Source of the DNA: Candidatus Eiseniibacteriota bacterium | GTDB taxonomy: Bacteria > Eisenbacteria > RBG-16-71-46 > CAIMUX01 > VGJL01 | Reading direction: 5' to 3' | DNA length: 64,000 bases | Assembly (NCBI GenBank): GCA_041946735.1 | Contig: JBHGAY010000009.1 | Coordinates: 32,001 to 96,000, forward strand | Shown: positions 18,507 to 28,435 of the stretch, in pieces | Position numbering within the stretch: the first letter of the stretch is position 1 | Layout: each line of letters begins with the position of its first letter | The notes under the pieces: generated by a model | Databases searched by the model: none | The model's input: the letters and a program-made list of their open reading frames with translations, nothing else | What the model was told of the DNA's origin: nothing | Translations under genes and position numbers: made by a program

Positions 18507-19562
18507 TTACGGATTCGAGCCCTCGTCGTCCGCGTCCTTGACGTGGCACTTGTTGCAGAGCGAGCGCTGATGCTCGTCGTAGGGGTTCGGGATCGCGTAG
18601 CTACCCGACTCGACGCCGTCTTCGGCCAAGAGCGTGAGATTGAAGTCCCAGCGGCCGGCGTTCGGCGCGGAGGTCGCGTGCGCGCGGTGGCAGCTGATGC
18701 AGGAGACCTGGCTGCCGGCGCTGGGACCCATCGTCGACTCGATCGTCATCGACGCGTCCTCGAAGGGAACCGCGGCCAGGTACGCCGTCGCCTGCGTTCC
18801 GCCCTCGTAGTCGCTCGTCCCGTTGTACATGTTGTAGTTGTCGGCGATGCTCCCGCCGACCGTCTCGCCCGACGGGTGGATGAGCGCGGTGCCGTTGTTG
18901 TGGTAGTCGCCGTGGCAGTTTGCGCACCAGGCGCTCATTCCGCCCTGATAGGCGGTGTGGTAGTTGTTCGCCTCGGGGGCGCTGTCGCTGAAGTTGATTC
19001 CCTCGGCGGTCGGCGCCGCGTTCTCGAAGAGGAAGTAGCCGTCGTTCACCATCCGGCCCGCGCCGTACAGCAGCCGGAACGCCTGGGTCCCGTGCGGGTC
19101 ATGGCAGCTCGAACACGCGAGATGATCCGACCGGAACGAACCTCCGGGAGCGGTGACGAGGACCGGGTCGGCGACCGAGCCGTACGAGGGGGCGATGATG
19201 TTGTGTCCCGCCTTGTGCCCCGGAATCGGGTTCTGGCCACCGTTGTGACCGTCGTTGATGTTGTCCTCGAGCAGGTAGGTGAAGTTGCCGGCGCCCTTCT
19301 CGGGCGGCGGATTCAGCGGGTCGTTCCAGAACACCTTGCCACGGCTCGTCGCGTGGCACGAGAGGCACATCTCGCTCGGGTTGGCCTCTTTCAGGAGCCA
19401 GGCGTTTCCGTTCGGATGGTCCGGGTCGATCGGAACCCCATCCTCGCTGTTGTGCATCGTGTGGCACCCTCTGCAGGCCGCCACTCCGCCGTCATGGAAT
19501 GCGAAGCTGGGGGTCGCGAGGACGAAGCAGATTCCCAGCCCGATGATGATCATCCTGTGCAT
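18507..19562 (-). CDS. omcS: OmcS-family hexaheme c-type cytochrome (candidate nanowire subunit)
   Basis: GGGAGGA RBS and a 21-aa signal peptide, then FHDGGVAACRGCHTMHNS, GHNIIA, TAPGG..LACSSCHDPHG, GMSAWCANCH, AYLAAVPFE, VSCISCHRAHA and QRSLCNKCHVKD. These are collinear with G. sulfurreducens OmcS motifs as I recall them. Six CxxCH motifs. Confidence 0.92.
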   Translation of the reverse strand: MHRMIIIGLGICFVLATPSFAFHDGGVAACRGCHTMHNSEDGVPIDPDHPNGNAWLLKEANPSEMCLSCHATSRGKVFWNDPLNPPPEKGAGNFTYLLEDNINDGHNGGQNPIPGHKAGHNIIAPSYGSVADPVLVTAPGGSFRSDHLACSSCHDPHGTQAFRLLYGAGRMVNDGYFLFENAAPTAEGINFSDSAPEANNYHTAYQGGMSAWCANCHGDYHNNGTALIHPSGETVGGSIADNYNMYNGTSDYEGGTQATAYLAAVPFEDASMTIESTMGPSAGSQVSCISCHRAHATSAPNAGRWDFNLTLLAEDGVESGSYAIPNPYDEHQRSLCNKCHVKDADDEGSNP

Positions 19563-19693
19563 GGACTCGTTCCTCCCAAGTTTGGAAGCGAATGGAATGG
19601 ATGTCGTGTGCGACCACTTCGAACTGTTCTCCGCAGTGCTTCCCCTCGCGCTCGTTCCTCCTTCCCGGTCTGTCAGCCCCGATTCCGAAATCT

Positions 19694-20806
19694 CTATCGA
19701 CGAACGGCGTATCCACTGTCCGGATCGATCCCGACGGCTTGCGCATTCGCTTCTCGAATGAAGCGCGGCACACGGCACATCTGGACCTTCCCCTCGAACC
19801 ACTGCCCGACGTACACGATCTCCTTGCCGTCCGTGGCGAGCAGAGTCGGGTGGTAGAACCATCCCGGGCTGGATCCCAGCCCGCCGAATTCACCGAGGAA
19901 GGTTCCTTCCCGATCGAAGCAGAGGACCGCATAGCGGTGCTTGTCGAGAACCAGAAGAAGTCCCTCGTCGGTTCCTGCGACGGCCACGGGAAAGTTCAGC
20001 TCCCCGATGTTGTTGCCCCCGTAACCAACCGTGCGCAGGAACTTCCCCGCCAGCGAAAAGACCTCGACGGTCGCGGCCGGCGTGATCGGAACGTAGAGAC
20101 AGTCTCCGATTCGTTCGATCGAGCCGTATCCGACTTCGCTGGGCCGCGGCTCCCGCTCCACCCCGACAGGGAAGGAGCGAACGCGGCGGCCGCCCGCATC
20201 GAGGACGACGACGACGCCCTCATCGGGATCGAGCAGGTAGATCGAGCCTTCGTCATCGACCGCGAAGCTGCTCGCGTGGGCCGGGAGATCTTCCGGCTGT
20301 CCCACGGTTGCGAGAAAAAGCCCGTCGAAGTCGAAGAGGAAGAGTCGGGATCCCTCAGGCGTAGAGCCGAGGACGAGGATCCGGCCGAGTGGATCGATCG
20401 CTACATCGAGGGGTGCCCCGAAGCGAGAGCCACCGCGGAACTCGAAGCGGTAGGTTCCTTCCGCATCGAAGACGAGTATCCGGTTGTGTCCCGCTTCCGC
20501 CAGCACGAGCTCCTTCGCCGCCGGATCGAAGGCGACCGCTTGAGGTCGGAGCAGTTCGTCGGTCTCCCCGGGGAGGTTCACCATCCGGACGAAGTCCGAA
20601 GGAACCGCCCGAGACGGGGGCGCTTCCGCGCGAGGCGGGGGCGCTTCCGATGCTGCAGACTGTGCAATCGACATCGAAAGAAGGCCTGAGGCGAGCGAAA
20701 GGAGAACCGCATGCAGCGCGGCTCTTGCCTGGTGCGGAAAGAAGGCGGGGGCCCGGGTTTGGCGATCCGGCCGGCTCGCCGTTAGCATTACTTTCTGTGA
20801 ATCCAT
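19694..20806 (-). CDS. NHL-repeat six-bladed beta-propeller protein, exported
   Basis: Repeats LLRPQAVAFD, FGAPLDVAIDPLGRI, GELNFPVAVA and PGWFYHPTLLATD, with a hydrophobic N-terminal segment. Start uncertain (20806 or 20788). Confidence 0.85.
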   Translation of the reverse strand: MDSQKVMLTASRPDRQTRAPAFFPHQARAALHAVLLSLASGLLSMSIAQSAASEAPPPRAEAPPSRAVPSDFVRMVNLPGETDELLRPQAVAFDPAAKELVLAEAGHNRILVFDAEGTYRFEFRGGSRFGAPLDVAIDPLGRILVLGSTPEGSRLFLFDFDGLFLATVGQPEDLPAHASSFAVDDEGSIYLLDPDEGVVVVLDAGGRRVRSFPVGVEREPRPSEVGYGSIERIGDCLYVPITPAATVEVFSLAGKFLRTVGYGGNNIGELNFPVAVAGTDEGLLLVLDKHRYAVLCFDREGTFLGEFGGLGSSPGWFYHPTLLATDGKEIVYVGQWFEGKVQMCRVPRFIREANAQAVGIDPDSGYAVRR

Positions 20807-20970
20807 TCGCGATCAATAATATCAATAAGGGACGGCTAGTGACAAAGGCGTTAGCTGCCTTATTTATGAAGTACATCATCAGACGCGCTAATGTAATCTC
20901 TGGCCGGGACACGCATCCACTGAAGCACTTCTGAGCTAAGCTCTTCGAAAATAACAAGATTCAGTGTTGC
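20780..20970 (-). promoter_or_regulatory. AT-rich upstream regulatory region of the omcS cluster
   Basis: Sharp drop in GC content. Contains a TTATTGAT direct repeat (minus strand) and an imperfect Rex-like palindrome at 20795-20812. Confidence 0.45.
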
Positions 20971-21178
20971 GTCTGTCGCATTGGGAATGGAGCCGTCACA
21001 TGTTGACGGCTGACGGATGGGAGGATTCCCGGAAGCTACCGGCGGCGCACTCCGACTTCGGATCCGCTGTCCGAATCTCGGCGGGGGCCGGCCACGTGGG
21101 GAGTAGGCGCGGAGGGAGGGAAGCCAGGAGCGAGCTTACCCGATGCGCTCGTCCCGTCCTGCCCGACGGGCGCGGGCT

Positions 21179-21733
21179 TCAATCCCCGTGGGCTTTTGCT
21201 GCCGCGGCCGCGGCATCGAGCCGGCGGCGGCAGTCCTCACAGAAGTCGTCCCCTTTGAGGTCGACCTCCTCCACTCCGGAGGAGAAGTGCATGGCGCAGT
21301 CGAACGAAGCGCAGTGGACGAGGCCGAAGGCGTGCCCCAGCTCGTGGAGCGCCTCCTTCTCGGCCCGGTGGTAGAAAAGCTCCGAGTCCTCCGGCAGCCC
21401 ATAGAAAGTCGGACGGAGCCGGGTGAGCGAGAAGGTGGCGGCGGGCCCGCCGAGATGGGCTTCACCGAACACGAACGTCAGGATCGGGATGTGGAGGTCC
21501 GCGTCGATCACGCCGAGGATCTTCTGCCCGCTCTCTTCCCTTCCTCGGGCCAGGGCATCGAGGATCTTCGTCGAGTGGTGCTGTCGCCGGACCGGGTCAT
21601 AGGCGAAATCGGCCAACAACGGCTCGGGCGCGACACTCACCTCCGCTTCGAGTCTCTCCGCGAGAAAGAGAGAGAGATAGGAGGTGAGAGCCTCGTCGAC
21701 GACCCCCACCGGAACGATGAGGATGCGGCGCAC
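21179..21733 (-). CDS. Archaemetzincin-family (M54) Zn metalloprotease
   Basis: KEALHELGHAFGLVHC...CAMHFS..EEVDLK...FCEDC, and LTFVFGEA. Confidence 0.9.
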   Translation of the reverse strand: MRRILIVPVGVVDEALTSYLSLFLAERLEAEVSVAPEPLLADFAYDPVRRQHHSTKILDALARGREESGQKILGVIDADLHIPILTFVFGEAHLGGPAATFSLTRLRPTFYGLPEDSELFYHRAEKEALHELGHAFGLVHCASFDCAMHFSSGVEEVDLKGDDFCEDCRRRLDAAAAAAKAHGD

Positions 21734-21736
21734 CTC

Positions 21737-23085
<1,349 letters not shown>

Positions 23086-23089
<4 letters not shown>

Positions 23090-24723
23090 TTCGCCACCTC
23101 CGGTTGCCCTTCCCGGTTTTCCGGGGGCTGGGGAGGAAGATGGAAGCGGAAGCTCGTTCCTTCCCCAGGAACGGATTCCACGTCCACCTTGCCTCCGTGC
23201 CCCTCCAGGATCCCATACACAACGGCCAGGCCGAGCCCGGCGCCGCCTTCCTTCGTCGTGTAGAACGGCTCGAAGAGATGGCGCCGCGTCTCCTCGTCCA
23301 TCCCCACTCCCGTGTCCCGGATCTGCACGCAGATCCCGCGTCCCTCCGAATCGCGCCGGGTCGTCACCGACAGCACTCCGGAGCCCGACTCGCCCTGCAT
23401 CGCTTCGCACGCGTTGATCAGGACGGCGACGAACGCCTGCCGGATCTGCTGCGGATCGCAAACGATCGAGGGCAGATCGGCGGCCAGGTCGAGCTCGCAG
23501 CGCAGCCCCTGCAGGTCGATCTGGTGCTGGACGAGGCGGACGGTTCCCCGGACGAGTTCGTTGATGTCGCACGGCTCCGCCTTCGGCCTCGACGGGCGCG
23601 AAAACTGAAGGAGATTCTTCACGATCTCGCCGCAGCGGGTCGCCTCGCTTTCGATCTGCGCGAGGATCTCCTGGGTTTCCGACGAAGCGGAGTCCGGACC
23701 GTTCTCTGCCGCGCGCCTACTCGCGCGCTTGCCGAGCAGCTTGGCGTAGGTGCGGATACCGGCCAGGGGATTGTTGATCTCGTGAGCGACGATCGCGGCG
23801 AGCTTCCCCATCGACGCCATCTTCTGCGTCTGCAGCATCTCCTCCTGCGCCCTCTCCAGCGCCCGCGACTTCTCCTCCACCCGCGATTCCAGCGTGCGAG
23901 CCCAGGCCGCCTCCTTCTCGCGCGCCAGCGCCAGCTCCGCGGTCATCCGGTTGAACGAGACGGCCAACCGTCCCAGCTCGTCGTCCGACGCGATCGGGAT
24001 GCGCCCGGTGAGGTCGCCCCCGCCGATCCGCTGAGTCTCCTTCATGAGGCGCTTCACCGGAACGTGCACCATCCGGTACAGCAGCCAGGAGCACAGGGCG
24101 ATCAGCGCCAGCAGGACGAGCGAGATCGAGACGATCAGCTGCCGCGAGACGCGAGCCAGCTCGCGATCCACGTTCTCGAGGGTCATCTGCACGTCGAGCA
24201 CTCCCAGCACCCTCTTGTCCGCTGGGTGGGCATGGCACGAGGCATTCGCGCAGCTCGGCTCGTTCTGGATCGGGGCGATCATGCCGAGAGTCCGGTGGCC
24301 GTCCGGGTTGCGGAAGATGCGGAAGCGCTCCGACTGCGGGATCTCCGGGACCGGCTCCTGGCCCCGATGGCAGTTCACGCACGCCTCGGCGCGCGGATCG
24401 ACCATCTGCCCCACTTCCTCGGAGTGAGTCGAGTAGCGGATCCGTCCCCCCTCGTCGTAGATCCGGATCCGGTCGAACTCGGGCTGCTCGCCGGTCGCCT
24501 GGATGATCTCGAAGATTTCTTGCCGTTCGTTGCGGAACATGAAGGACCGGGTGCTGCGACGGATCAGATCGCAGACCCGGTCGGTGTCCCGTACGACCGT
24601 CTTCTCCATCTGCCTTCGGCTCTCGCCCACCACCCAGAAGCCGAGCAGCCCCAGGAACAGGGCCACTCCACCGGCGAGAAGCAGCGAGAGCCGAAACGCG
24701 AGTGCCCTCGGTCCGAACCTCAT
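23086..24723 (-). CDS. Sensor histidine kinase with HAMP domain and a periplasmic c-type heme-binding sensor domain
   Basis: Two TM segments flank CVNCH and CANASCH motifs. H-box AHEINNPL, N-box NACEA, and G boxes DTGVG and GAGLGL. Confidence 0.92.
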
Positions 24724-25883
24724 CGATTCCCCGCGCGGTCCTCCCTCCCGGCCGCCCCCACGTAGGCAGGCTGCGCGTGCGTGCCGTGCCCGAAGAGGGG
24801 AAGATGGCGCGCGGCGAGCCCGAAGACGGCGAACCCGATCGCGACGATCATGACCGTGATCGAGACCTCCGTCCAGGCGGGGAAGTAGTCCGCCCGAATC
24901 GACGCCTCCATTCCGGTGATGCTGACGTTCAGCCGGTGCATCACGAACCCGAGGATCGCGAGCAGCGAGATCGCGAACTGGCCGCGCGGATGCTGCCGCA
25001 CCTTTCCGACGAGCAGCAGCGCGATCGGCGCGAGCAGCCCGAGGAACACCTCGATCCAGAAGAGGCCCGCCTCGGGCGTGGCCTGGACCGCGTAGCGGAT
25101 CGCCCCGCGCTGGACGACGTCCAGGATCCGCAGCAGGGCGTACGGAACGAGCAGGACCAGCGCCATCCGGCAGAGATCATGACGGACGTCGGGAGCGAGC
25201 GCGTGCCCGAACGCGCGCTGGCTCAGGAACGACTCCATCAGGACCATGCAGCAGCCGACCGCCAGCGCCGAGAGGAAGAACAGCACCGGCAGCCATGACG
25301 AGTACCAGAGCGGATGCAGCTTGTTCGGAACGATCAGGTAGAGCGAACCGAGCGACGACTGGTGCAGCGTCGAGAGGAGCACGCCGGCGATGATGAAGAA
25401 CGGCAGCGCCGATCGAACCAGCGAAAGGGCCCGCTTCCAGCGCAGCCGCTCCAGCACGGCGGGGCTGAACTCGACGGCGAGCACGGTCGTGTAGAGCATG
25501 ACGCACCAGGCGACCTCGAACATCACCGAGCGCGGGTTCCACATGACGATCGGATGCCAGATCATCCACGGCCTGCCGAGATCGATCAGCAAGGCGAAGA
25601 TGACGAGGAGGTAGCCGAGAAACGCGGTGAGGATTGCAGGCCGGATCACCGGCTCGAACCTCTTCACGTTGAAGATGTGGACGGTCGCGGCCATCGCGAA
25701 ACCGCCCGCGGCGAGCCCGACGCCGCAGAGCAGATCGAAGCCGATCCAGAGCCCCCAGGGGAATCGGTCGCTCAGATGGGTGGCCGAACCCAGGCCCTGC
25801 GTGAAACGCAGAACGGTGCTGTAGAGACCGAGACCGAGGATCACCGCGAAGACGACACGCCAGAAGCCGAGGCGCACCTTCAT
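24720..25883 (-). CDS. NrfD/PsrC-family integral membrane subunit (HybB-like)
   Basis: PWGLWIGFD..GVGLAAGGF, DLGRPW, SVMFEVAWCV, LSTLHQSSLGSL and KLHPLW; about 10 TM helices. Confidence 0.9.
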   Translation of the reverse strand: MKVRLGFWRVVFAVILGLGLYSTVLRFTQGLGSATHLSDRFPWGLWIGFDLLCGVGLAAGGFAMAATVHIFNVKRFEPVIRPAILTAFLGYLLVIFALLIDLGRPWMIWHPIVMWNPRSVMFEVAWCVMLYTTVLAVEFSPAVLERLRWKRALSLVRSALPFFIIAGVLLSTLHQSSLGSLYLIVPNKLHPLWYSSWLPVLFFLSALAVGCCMVLMESFLSQRAFGHALAPDVRHDLCRMALVLLVPYALLRILDVVQRGAIRYAVQATPEAGLFWIEVFLGLLAPIALLLVGKVRQHPRGQFAISLLAILGFVMHRLNVSITGMEASIRADYFPAWTEVSITVMIVAIGFAVFGLAARHLPLFGHGTHAQPAYVGAAGREDRAGNR

Positions 25884-26656
25884 CACTCCACCCCCATCCC
25901 TTCCGCCCGCTCGCGCGCCGCCATGCGCTCGCGAGCCAGAACCATGCGCCGGTTGATGATCCAGTAGAGGCCCGACAGGAGGCTCCCGCCCACCAGGACG
26001 ACGTTCGGCAGCTTCGAGAGAACCGCCTCGGTGTACTCCTCCATCGGATGGCCGGGCAGGTTCACCGGGAGTCCCAGCTCCGCGAAGGAAACGTCCGAGA
26101 GGATCAGGACCGAGGTCCCGCCTCCCTCCTCCTCGCCATAGACCTGCTGGACGTAGACGTCCGGCTGCTGCGCGATCCTCTCGTGCGCGATCTTCAGCAG
26201 CTCCTCGCGATCCCCGAAGAGGGTCGCTCCGGTCGGGCAGGCCTCGGCGCAGGCGGTGGGAAGTCCCTGTGCGAGTCGCGGCGCGCAAAGGATGCACTTG
26301 CGGACGGCCGGGTTCGTCGAGGACCACTCGTAGCGCGGCACCCCGTACGGGCAGGCCATCATGCAGTAGCGGCAGCCGATGCACCGAGACTCGTCGTAGA
26401 GCACCGGCCCCTCGGGGGTCTTGTGGAACGCGCCGACGGGACAGACGGACGCGCAGGTCGGGTGGAGGCAGTGCATGCACATCCGCCGGATGTTGCGCGA
26501 ACCGTCCGCTACCTGCCTCTCCTGCACGACCGTGTAGGACTTGTCGGAGAGCTCGTTGCCTTCCGTCTCGGGAAGGTGGTTCGCCTCACGGCAGGCCTCG
26601 CGGCACGCACCGCATCCCACGCACTGGGTGACATCGAACAGGATCCCCTTACCCAT
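25883..26656 (-). CDS. 4Fe-4S dicluster protein (HybA/NrfC-like) with C-terminal TM anchor
   Basis: CVGCGACREAC, CMHCLHPTCASVCP, CIGCRYCMMACP and KCILC..ACAEACP, followed by a C-terminal hydrophobic helix. Confidence 0.92.
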   Translation of the reverse strand: MGKGILFDVTQCVGCGACREACREANHLPETEGNELSDKSYTVVQERQVADGSRNIRRMCMHCLHPTCASVCPVGAFHKTPEGPVLYDESRCIGCRYCMMACPYGVPRYEWSSTNPAVRKCILCAPRLAQGLPTACAEACPTGATLFGDREELLKIAHERIAQQPDVYVQQVYGEEEGGGTSVLILSDVSFAELGLPVNLPGHPMEEYTEAVLSKLPNVVLVGGSLLSGLYWIINRRMVLARERMAARERAEGMGVE

Positions 26657-26717
26657 GACCTCCCTCCGTCGTGAGCGTGCTGCAGCGCGCGCTCGCCGTA
26701 TCGATCCCCTCTTGAGA

Positions 26718-27371
26718 TCACTCCTGCGGGATCAGGAACTCGTGGACCAGCTTCTGACGGCTCGACGGATCCAGGGCGCGGAGCAGCCCGTGCGCCGGCT
26801 CTCCGCCGTCGGGAAGAGCGGCCGCGACCTCCGCGCGCAGACCGTGCAGCGACTCGCGCAGCCGGGCGAACTCGGCCGCGAGCCAGGCGGTTGCGTCCTC
26901 GGCGATCCGCAGAGGACGGATCTCCTCGCCCAGCCTCTCGGCCTTCAGCGTGCAGAGCCAGCGTGAGGGATCCGGCAGATCGGAGCCGCCCTCGGGACGC
27001 TGCGTCTCGAGGAGAACTCCGGAGACCGGAGAGGAGATCGGGATTTCCTGATTGCCGATCACGACCGAAAGCAGCGTCTGGCCGCGCTCGATCCTCGATC
27101 CCTCGGCCGCGAACCGCACCTCGTCGATCGGGCCGAAGAGCCGCTCCGCCAGCTCATCGAGACCCACATGCACTCTCCCGTCCGCCGCCACCGTCAGCCA
27201 GACGTGGGACGGATGGAGGAACATTCCCGCCGGCATGCGACGCGGGCCGGGCAGCTCCCGAACCGGCGCCGCTACAGGCGCCAACGCTGCCTTCCTCTTG
27301 CGCGACGCGACGACGATCGCGTCGACGCCGAGGAAGAACAGGATCGTCCCCAGCACGAAAAGCGGAACCAT
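26718..27371 (-). CDS. GcvH-like protein without the lipoyl Lys, N-terminal TM helix
   Basis: FLHPSHVWL..VHVGLDE..G.I..V..G..IERGQ..SPVSG pattern; no ESVK-type lysine. Confidence 0.75.
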   Translation of the reverse strand: MVPLFVLGTILFFLGVDAIVVASRKRKAALAPVAAPVRELPGPRRMPAGMFLHPSHVWLTVAADGRVHVGLDELAERLFGPIDEVRFAAEGSRIERGQTLLSVVIGNQEIPISSPVSGVLLETQRPEGGSDLPDPSRWLCTLKAERLGEEIRPLRIAEDATAWLAAEFARLRESLHGLRAEVAAALPDGGEPAHGLLRALDPSSRQKLVHEFLIPQE

Positions 27372-27383
27372 GACGTACCTCCT

Positions 27384-28121
27384 CTACCGGCGGCGCTCGC
27401 CGGACCGGAGCATCCGCTCCTCGATCAGGCGCCGCCGCACTTCGGGCTCGATGTGATCCAGAACCGCGAGATCGAGGGTGCCCCCATCCGGCACGCTGCC
27501 GAACGCGATCGTGCGCTCCTCGACGAGAAGGTCGCGGACTCTCTCCAGCTCCTCGCGCAGCCACGCGACTGTCCGCTTGCCGTAGAGCAGGCGGGAGAGA
27601 TCGTCCTGAAGCCGGTCCGGACGCACCCGGGCAAGCCAGGCGTGCGCGCGATCCAGCTTCCGAAAGCCTCTCGGGTCTTCCACGAGCGTTCGGTTGACGG
27701 AGAGGACTTTCCCGCTCACGGGACACGGGAGAACGACCTCGCCGGCATCGCCGAGGAAGACCCAGTTGCGCCGCTTGGGACCGACGTTCGCACCGGCGTC
27801 GGGGACTCGGAGCTCCTGGAGAGATCCCAGGAGCCGGCGGCCGAGATCATCGACACCGACGTGAACGTTCCCCAGCCCGCTGACGCGAACGCAGAGATGG
27901 CTCGGGTGGTAGAAGCCGGTCCGCGAGTAGCGGAGACCGCCGATCGCCTTGGGCGCCCCTCGCGCCTCCGCTGCCTCCTCATGCAGGGCGTGCACGGGCG
28001 GCGACGATCCCTCCCGCAACGCCTGGTCCACCAGGCAGTGATCGCAGTCGTAGCCGCGATCACAGAGTCGGAAGGACAAGACTCCGGCAGACATCCAAAC
28101 GCACTTGTAGAGCGGCTCCAT
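27384..28121 (-). CDS. GcvH-like protein with N-terminal Cys-rich domain, no lipoyl Lys
   Basis: CVWMSAG...CDRGYDCDHC, then FYHPSHL..VHVGVDD..PVSGKVLSVN..L.EDP..WLARV. Start at ATG 28121 (RBS GAGAGG), alternatively 28139. Confidence 0.75.
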   Translation of the reverse strand: MEPLYKCVWMSAGVLSFRLCDRGYDCDHCLVDQALREGSSPPVHALHEEAAEARGAPKAIGGLRYSRTGFYHPSHLCVRVSGLGNVHVGVDDLGRRLLGSLQELRVPDAGANVGPKRRNWVFLGDAGEVVLPCPVSGKVLSVNRTLVEDPRGFRKLDRAHAWLARVRPDRLQDDLSRLLYGKRTVAWLREELERVRDLLVEERTIAFGSVPDGGTLDLAVLDHIEPEVRRRLIEERMLRSGERRR

Positions 28122-28160
28122 GACCTCTCTCCTCGCCATTCCGCGACCACATTCTTGTGA

Positions 28161-28176
28161 AGCAGGGAACATGCCC
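28161..28176 (-). promoter_or_regulatory. Putative sigma54 (-24/-12) promoter of the GcvH-like/HybAB/two-component operon
   Basis: Minus strand reads GGGCATGTTCCCTGCT (GG-N10-GC), 40 nt upstream of ATG 28121. An AT-richer tract lies further upstream, and the operon encodes its own enhancer-binding protein. Confidence 0.55.
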
Positions 28177-28435
28177 GATGCTACTCGTCCTCCAGAAAGC
28201 TCGCATCTCCTTGGGTTCCCTAGCTTTCCCGCCCCGCTGGTGAGACTCGCGAAGACTCGGTGTAGAGGAGTTCTGTTGATGGATTCATCACTGCAACAGG
28301 GAGTATAACACCGATCGGACGTGGCCTGTTGCGCTGTCAACACTTACGGAGCCGCTGAAATTTTTATCAGCAGGTGTTGTATCTCTTAACAGACGCCGGA
28401 TGACTCGCGCTCGCTGGGTGGTGGGACGAAAGGGC

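Noticed and set aside
20812..20828. FNR-box-like TTGAT half sites
   Set aside because: Arranged as a direct repeat, not the TTGAT-N4-ATCAA palindrome
8517..21180. Nanowire cluster as a mobile island
   Set aside because: No integrase, transposase, tRNA or flanking direct repeats seen, and coding GC looks like the flanks; the 14-bp duplication at 8517-8544 is local only
26718..28121. Glycine cleavage system (gcvH) call
   Set aside because: No lipoyl lysine and no gcvP or true gcvT nearby; the GcvT-like gene at 52242 is YgfZ-type
28302..28340. TTGACA and TATACT hexamers on the minus strand
   Set aside because: The 27-nt spacing is incompatible with a single sigma70 promoter
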